Shown one piece after another: positions 61,140 to 64,000 of a DNA stretch of 64,000 nt. A model generated the notes under the pieces. It searched no databases. It worked only from the letters and a program-made list of their open reading frames with translations, and was not told where the DNA came from. The translations under genes were made by a program, and so were the position numbers. This DNA is from Kofleriaceae bacterium. Lineage in GTDB: Bacteria; Myxococcota_A; Polyangia; Haliangiales; Haliangiaceae. Each line of letters starts with the position of its first letter. The first letter of the stretch is position 1. The stretch is from NCBI GenBank assembly GCA_965215005.1, contig CBDCCZ010000042.1, positions 64,001 through 128,000 on the forward strand, given 5' to 3'.

Positions 61140-62991
61140 TCAGCTACAGGCTGACCAACCGCAACGTCGGCAGAGTCCGGCATCCAGCATACGCAGCGAG
61201 GGGCGCGGCGCACTCTGGACACGGCGCTCCCGCCGAGTCCGCGACCGTCGAGGCCACACTGGTCTCGCCATACGTCAAGACCTGCGCGGAGCGACTGCGA
61301 TCGCGATAGGACCGTCACGCCCTTGCAGCCGAGCTCATAGGCCAGCTGATACGCATCCGCGATGTCGCTAGGGGTCGCGCTGGTCGGCAGGTTGATGGTC
61401 TTGGACACCGCCGAGTGTGAGTGTTGCTGAAACGCCGCTTGCATCCGCACGTGCACCTCGGGCGATAAATCGTGCGCCGTCGGAAATTGCCGCTGAACCT
61501 CTGCGGGCACGCCATCGAGCCCGCGCACCCGGCCCCGGCGGCGCAACTCCGCGAGCAGCGACTCGCTCCAGAATCCGCGTTCTTCGGCGATGGCGCGAAA
61601 CCGCGGGTTGCACTTCCGTGAGCCTCGTTCCATCGAGAACATGACGCTCATACGCCACGGCAAACAGCGGCTCGATACCGCTCGAGCAGCCCGCGATGAT
61701 GCTGATGGTGCCGGTGGGCGCTACCGTGGTGGTCGTGGCGTTGCGGAGCGGCTCCTCACCACGCGCCGCTGCCGCCGATTCCGCAAACGCCGGATACGCA
61801 CCTCGCTCCACCGCCAACGCTCGCGAGGCGCGAAGCGGACTCTTCCTCGAAGAATCGCGCCAGCGAGGTCGCCACCGTGAGTGCCTCCGGATCGTCGTAG
61901 GCGATGCCGAGCTCGATTAGCAGGTCGGCAAACCCCATGATGCCGAGACCAATCTTGCGAGTGGCTCGCGTTGCCGTCTCGATAGCGGCCAGCGGATAGC
62001 TGTTGGCGTCGATGACGTTGTCTAAGAACCGCGTGCCGTCGTGGATGCAGCTCGCCAGCCGCTCCCAATCAATGCCCGCGCTCTCGGGGTGCCGGCGCAC
62101 GAACCGCGCGACGTTGATGCTCGCCAAGGTGCACGACTCGAAGGGCAGCAGCGGCTGCTCGCCACACGGATTGGTCGCTTCGATGGTACCGAGCTGCGGC
62201 GTTGGATTGGCGGCGTTGATCCGATCGAGAAACACCAGCCCTGGATCACCGGTGGTCCAGGCCGCGTTGGCGATGAGCTGAAACACCTGCGCCGCCGCCA
62301 ACCGCCGCGTGCTCGCCCCCGTGCTCGGATCCACCAGCTCATAGCTCGAGCCCTGCCGCACCGCGCTCATGAAACGATCCGTAATCGCAACCGACAGGTT
62401 GAAGTTGCGCATCTTCTGCGGATCGAGCTTCAGGCCGATGAACTCGAGAATGTCGGGATGATCGACTCGCAGGATCCCCATGTTGGCGCCGCGCCGCGTG
62501 CCTCCCTGTTTGATGGCTTCCGTGGCGACGTCGAACACTTGCATGAAGGCGACGGGCCCCGAGGCCTCGCCGCCGGTGGACCGCACCCGAGCCCCGGCTG
62601 GCCGCAGCCGGGAAAACGAAAACCCCGTGCCGCCGCCGGTTTTCTGAATCTCCGCCGCCCAGCGCACCGCCTCGAAGATTCCCGTGGTGGAGTCTTCCAC
62701 CGGCACGACGAAACACGCCGCGAGCTGCCCGAGCGGCCGGCCCGCGTTCATCAGCGTTGGCGAGTTTGGAACCAGCTCGAGCGCCCGCATGCGGTCGTAA
62801 AATCGCGCCGCTACGTCCGCAGCGCGCCCGGGCGTATAGCGCTCTTCCACCGCCGCAACCGTCTCGGCGACGCGGCGAAATAGCTCCGCAGGAGTTTCTC
62901 GAGAGCCGTCCTGCGGCGCCATGAGATACCGCCGGCGCAGAACCTCCAGCGCATTCTCGGTAAGCGGAGCCTCGCGCACCGGTGCGGTCAT
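61140..62991 (-). CDS. nrdJ: Class II (adenosylcobalamin-dependent) ribonucleotide reductase, with four apparent +1 frameshifts
   Basis: PNSPTLMNAG, LAACFV, GGTRRGANM, TNPCGEQPL, IGLGIMG, VAPTGTIS, VSKTIN, CKGVTV; corrected end CPEC...GCRLCRRCGWSACS*. Confidence 0.9.
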
Positions 62992-63089
62992 CAACCTACC
63001 CTAAACAGAACAAGTGTTCAGGGCAACCCCCAGGCTACAAGATGCCATCCCTTCAGCGCCTCCTCCGCTAGCCGATTCAACAGAGGCGT

Positions 63090-63485
63090 ATGGATTCAAC
63101 TAGTCGCCGGTACCCGCGCTACGCCCTCGAGGCAAGGGTTACCCTGCGCGGCGCGCGCACCAACGTGAGCGGGCGCTCGGAGAACCTCTCCCGCGGCGGG
63201 ATGTGCGCCGTCGTCGACCGCCCGGTCGCGGTGGGAGCGCAAGTCATGGTCGAGCTAGCGCTGCTCTTCGACACCCAATGTTTTTCAGAGCCGCTGCTGC
63301 TCACGGCACGCGTGGTGTGGTGCACCTCCCTGGGCGAGCACCATCAAGTCGGGCTGGCCTTCCAGCAACTCGAAGCCGAGCGCGCCGAATACCTCGACAT
63401 CTTCTTGCGCTACCTCAAGGAGGGCGAGGTGGCGGCGCCGGCCGTCGCCAAGGCGACTGCAGCGTGGGAGCGATTCGATCGATGA
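63090..63485 (+). CDS. PilZ-domain protein
   Basis: RRYPR (RxxxR) and NLSRGG (D/NxSxxG); ARVVW, VGLAF. Confidence 0.9.
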   Translation: MDSTSRRYPRYALEARVTLRGARTNVSGRSENLSRGGMCAVVDRPVAVGAQVMVELALLFDTQCFSEPLLLTARVVWCTSLGEHHQVGLAFQQLEAERAEYLDIFLRYLKEGEVAAPAVAKATAAWERFDR

Positions 63486-63844
63486 GCAACCCGCAGCAGC
63501 GAGCCCATGAGCGGGTCGCCGTCGTGCTATCGGCCGATATCGCCGTCGGCAGGCGCCGCTTCACCGCCATCACCAAGAACCTCAGCGTCGGCGGATGCTG
63601 CATCGAAGGCGCCTATCCACTGCCGGAGGGCAGCGAGGTTGCGTTGCGGCTGTTCGTGGTGGTCGATGGCATCGAAGACGCCGGCATGCCAGCAATGGCG
63701 ATGACGGCGTCGGTACAGTGGCACGCTGAGGCCGAAGCCGCGCCGCTGGCGTGCCGCCACCTCGCAGGACTGCGCTTCGACGGCGCCAGCAGCGAGCAGC
63801 GCGGCTGGCTCGAAGCGTTCCTCCTCCGCGACCAGGCGGCCTAG
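63482..63844 (+). CDS. PilZ-domain protein
   Basis: RAHER and NLSVGG; ASVQW, AGLRF; ATGA overlap with the upstream PilZ gene. Confidence 0.9.
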   Translation: MSNPQQRAHERVAVVLSADIAVGRRRFTAITKNLSVGGCCIEGAYPLPEGSEVALRLFVVVDGIEDAGMPAMAMTASVQWHAEAEAAPLACRHLAGLRFDGASSEQRGWLEAFLLRDQAA

Positions 63845-63991
63845 TGGTTTGCGGCGCAAGCCGGCAAACCGCTAGCAAAGCAACAATCGCTTGGGGAGAC
63901 GCCGAAGGAGGGCGCGTGAGTAGCAGGAATCTGCCGCCCTTGCCCCGCATCGGGGCGGCGGATTTCGGCGTCATGAGTCCCGCGGCGGCGC
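63844..63991 (+). repeat. Dispersed structured repeat, copy B (with an extra internal hairpin)
   Basis: GTGGTTTGCGGC-GCAA-GCCGGCAAACCGC hairpin, TAGCAAAGCAACAATCGC, GGAGACGCCGAAGG, hairpin at 63926-63966, CGTCA-N7-CGCGGCGGCGC. Confidence 0.85.
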
Positions 63992-64000
63992 ACGAGCGCG

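Noticed and set aside
56433..62991. Programmed frameshifting or true pseudogenes
   Set aside because: Too many uniform +1 events, no slippery heptamers and no nonsense decay; sequencing error is more parsimonious
63030..63050. NrdR box upstream of nrdJ (CTACAAGATG)
   Set aside because: Only a half-match to the 16-bp palindrome and no second box
63890..63915. Glycine or c-di-GMP-I riboswitch call for the repeat
   Set aside because: Only short motifs match; the glycine P2 stem and CUCUCAGG, and the GEMM second stem and tetraloop receptor, are absent

Overview
High-GC (visually about 70%) chromosomal segment with myxobacterial hallmarks: MYXO-CTERM sorting signals, a CdbA-type nucleoid protein, a giant AgmK-like TPR protein, and PEGA and PilZ proteins. 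Most of it is housekeeping: queA-tgt-yajC-secD, a heterodimeric ABC exporter, a hybrid kinase with a GGDEF-like domain, pfkA, recQ, rlmB, pyrF, dnaE, uppP, HMG-CoA lyase, Rieske/cytochrome b-c, dksA and nrdJ. I saw no rRNA, tRNA, CRISPR array, transposase or prophage. The most interesting signals are: (1) a dispersed 80-150 nt structured repeat with four clear copies, each on the sense strand of the nearby gene where this can be judged; (2) a ~1270-aa secreted protein (56.4-60.3 kb) with a BPI/LBP-like N-terminal half, then an internal MYXO-CTERM motif followed in frame by a second lipoprotein signal, suggesting a polyprotein that yields two surface proteins; (3) a RecQ ending in a PcrA/UvrD-like Tudor domain; (4) DnaA-box-like repeats upstream of dnaE; (5) many apparently leaderless promoters. 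The 58-62 kb stretch has about 15 single-base insertions, nearly all duplicating a neighbouring base, which are most likely sequencing errors. All family calls come from motif recognition by eye; no searches were run.
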